Shown one piece after another: positions 62,387 through 64,000 of a DNA stretch of 64,000 bases (the stretch's first letter is position 1; each line of letters begins with the position of its first letter). The position numbers and the translations under genes are program-made. Origin of the DNA: an uncultured Actinomycetes bacterium (lineage in GTDB: Bacteria > Actinomycetota > Thermoleophilia > RBG-16-64-13); assembly GCA_963706025.1 (NCBI GenBank), contig CAVPLM010000005.1, forward strand, positions 576,001 to 640,000, in the 5' to 3' direction. A model generated the notes under the pieces. That model saw nothing but the letters and a program-made list of their open reading frames with translations. It was not told the DNA's origin and made no database searches.

Positions 62387-64000
62387 GATCCTACCTCCCC
62401 CGCGCTCGACTGGACGATCGGACCGCCGGTGACGGGGTCCCGATGTATGCTGATGTGCCGCCGCCAGTGGTCGTCATCCCGTTCGGGATAATCGGACCGC
62501 AGATGAACGCCGCGACTCTCCTCGCGAACCGCGGCAGACTCGACAATGTGCTCGGCCACGGTCAGGAGATTGAGCAGTTCCAGTTCGGCCACCGTGAGAG
62601 CTGGAGGGGCGAGCAACTGCCGCACCGCCGCCAGACCGACCCGCACGCGCTCCAAGCCGGCCCGCTCGCGAACGATGCCACACCAGTCCGTCATCAGGCG
62701 GCCCACGGCCGTTCTCCCCTCGGCCACCACCGCAGGGTCGTTACCTTCTCTCATCTCCTGGGCCAGGTTCAACCGGATCTTCCGCACTGCCGGGTCGGCC
62801 ACGGCCAGATAGCGCTCCAGGTCGCGGACCGTCCGCTCCCCAAAGACCAGACCTTCAAGTAGGGAGTTGGAAGCCAAACGATTGGCGCCGTGGATGCCCG
62901 TGTTGGCCGTCTCGCCGCAGGCATAGAGCCCCGGGATCGTCGTCCGGCCCCAGGTATCCGTCAGCACACCCCCGATGAAGTAGTGAGATGCGGGCGCGAC
63001 CGGGATGAGTTGGGTGCAGAGATCGAAGCCTCTCTTCTCCAGCCCTGTGTACACCGTGGGGAACCGCTCACGCAAGAAGTCGCACTCCAGGTGACGGGCG
63101 TCCAGCCACACATGGTCGGTGCCGTCCCGCTCGAACACCCGCTTTATATGGCGTACCACCACGTCCCTGGGAGCCAGCTCCGCCCGAGGGTGCGATCCGA
63201 CCATGAACCTCTCCCCTCCGTCATCCCGCAAGTAGGCACCCTCCCCCCGGAGAGCCTCGGTGACCAGAAGGGTAGGATTCTCGGTCCCGTAGAAGGCGGT
63301 GGGATGGAACTGCATGAACTCCATGTCCCTCATGACCGCGCCGGCCCGATAGGCCATCGCGTGCCCGTCGCCGGTCGCCACGGCGGGGTTGGTGGTGCGC
63401 GCGAAGACCTGGCCGGCTCCCCCACACGCCAGCACGACCGCGCGGGCCAGGCTGACCGTCAGTCCGCCTTCCCGATCCAAAGAGATCGCTCCCACACAGC
63501 GGCCTGCGTCCATGAGCAGGTCGATGACGAACTCGTTCTCGTGCAGCTGCACCCGAGTGCCCGAACTCATCGCATCGGCCAACGCGCCGGCCACCACGCT
63601 ACCGGTGGCATCCCCCCCCGCGTGCACGACCCGGGGGACCGAGTGCGCCCCTTCCGAGCCGAGGATGAGCTTGCCATCACGCCGGTCGAACTTCGTCCCC
63701 ATCCGCTCCAGGTCCCGCACGCGAGCAGGGCCTTCTTCCACGAGCACGCGCACGGCTTCATCGTCACAAAGCCCCACTCCGGCCTCGAGGGTGTCTTTAA
63801 GGTGCAGCTCCGGGGAGTCATAGGGACCAAGCGCCGCCGCGATGCCTCCCTGAGCAAGGAAGGTGGTGGTCTGATCCAGAGTGCCCTTGGTGATGAGGCC
63901 GACGTTCCACCTGCGGGCGGCGCCCACCGCCGCCGTAAGTCCGGCGATGCCGCCCCCGATCACCAGCACGTCGTAGCTGGAAAAGCGGACATCGGCTCCC
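62383..64000 (-). CDS. nadB: L-aspartate oxidase (5' end outside the window)
   Basis: GGGIAG, AQGGIAA, EGAHS, QFHPT, HGANRLASNSLLE, ESRGVH. Confidence 0.96.
   Translation of the reverse strand, partial: GADVRFSSYDVLVIGGGIAGLTAAVGAARRWNVGLITKGTLDQTTTFLAQGGIAAALGPYDSPELHLKDTLEAGVGLCDDEAVRVLVEEGPARVRDLERMGTKFDRRDGKLILGSEGAHSVPRVVHAGGDATGSVVAGALADAMSSGTRVQLHENEFVIDLLMDAGRCVGAISLDREGGLTVSLARAVVLACGGAGQVFARTTNPAVATGDGHAMAYRAGAVMRDMEFMQFHPTAFYGTENPTLLVTEALRGEGAYLRDDGGERFMVGSHPRAELAPRDVVVRHIKRVFERDGTDHVWLDARHLECDFLRERFPTVYTGLEKRGFDLCTQLIPVAPASHYFIGGVLTDTWGRTTIPGLYACGETANTGIHGANRLASNSLLEGLVFGERTVRDLERYLAVADPAVRKIRLNLAQEMREGNDPAVVAEGRTAVGRLMTDWCGIVRERAGLERVRVGLAAVRQLLAPPALTVAELELLNLLTVAEHIVESAAVREESRGVHLRSDYPERDDDHWRRHISIHRDPVTGGPIVQSSAGEVGS

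Overview
GC-rich bacterial chromosome segment. An actinobacterial-type ClpC N-terminus together with a Firmicutes-like gene order suggests a deep-branching Actinomycetota such as Thermoleophilia (inference). Left end (1-7.6 kb): a secreted alpha-2-macroglobulin/thioester protein that looks metazoan-like, then serA-serC. Middle (about 7.7-37.8 kb): a mosaic accessory region ending at tRNA-Thr(TGT). It holds six SLH-anchored surface proteins, a CWB2 protein, degenerate GGDEF and HD-GYP proteins behind sigma28-like boxes, a MITE, Fic, Mug, yefM-yoeB, an ARPP-1/phosphoesterase/nucleotidase operon, xpaC-telA, gene fragments and a dispersed hairpin repeat family that brackets single genes. Right end (42-64 kb): housekeeping cluster on the minus strand (nadB, nadC, coaX, dusB, greA, lysS, mcsA, mcsB, clpC, radA, disA, carD, yacL, ispD, ispF, gltX, cysS, rlmB, yacP, sigH) with no ctsR and an apparently catalytically dead McsB. 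Several genes, including clpC and rlmB, carry single-base frameshifts that are most likely sequencing indels. All family calls come from motif recognition by eye; no searches were run.
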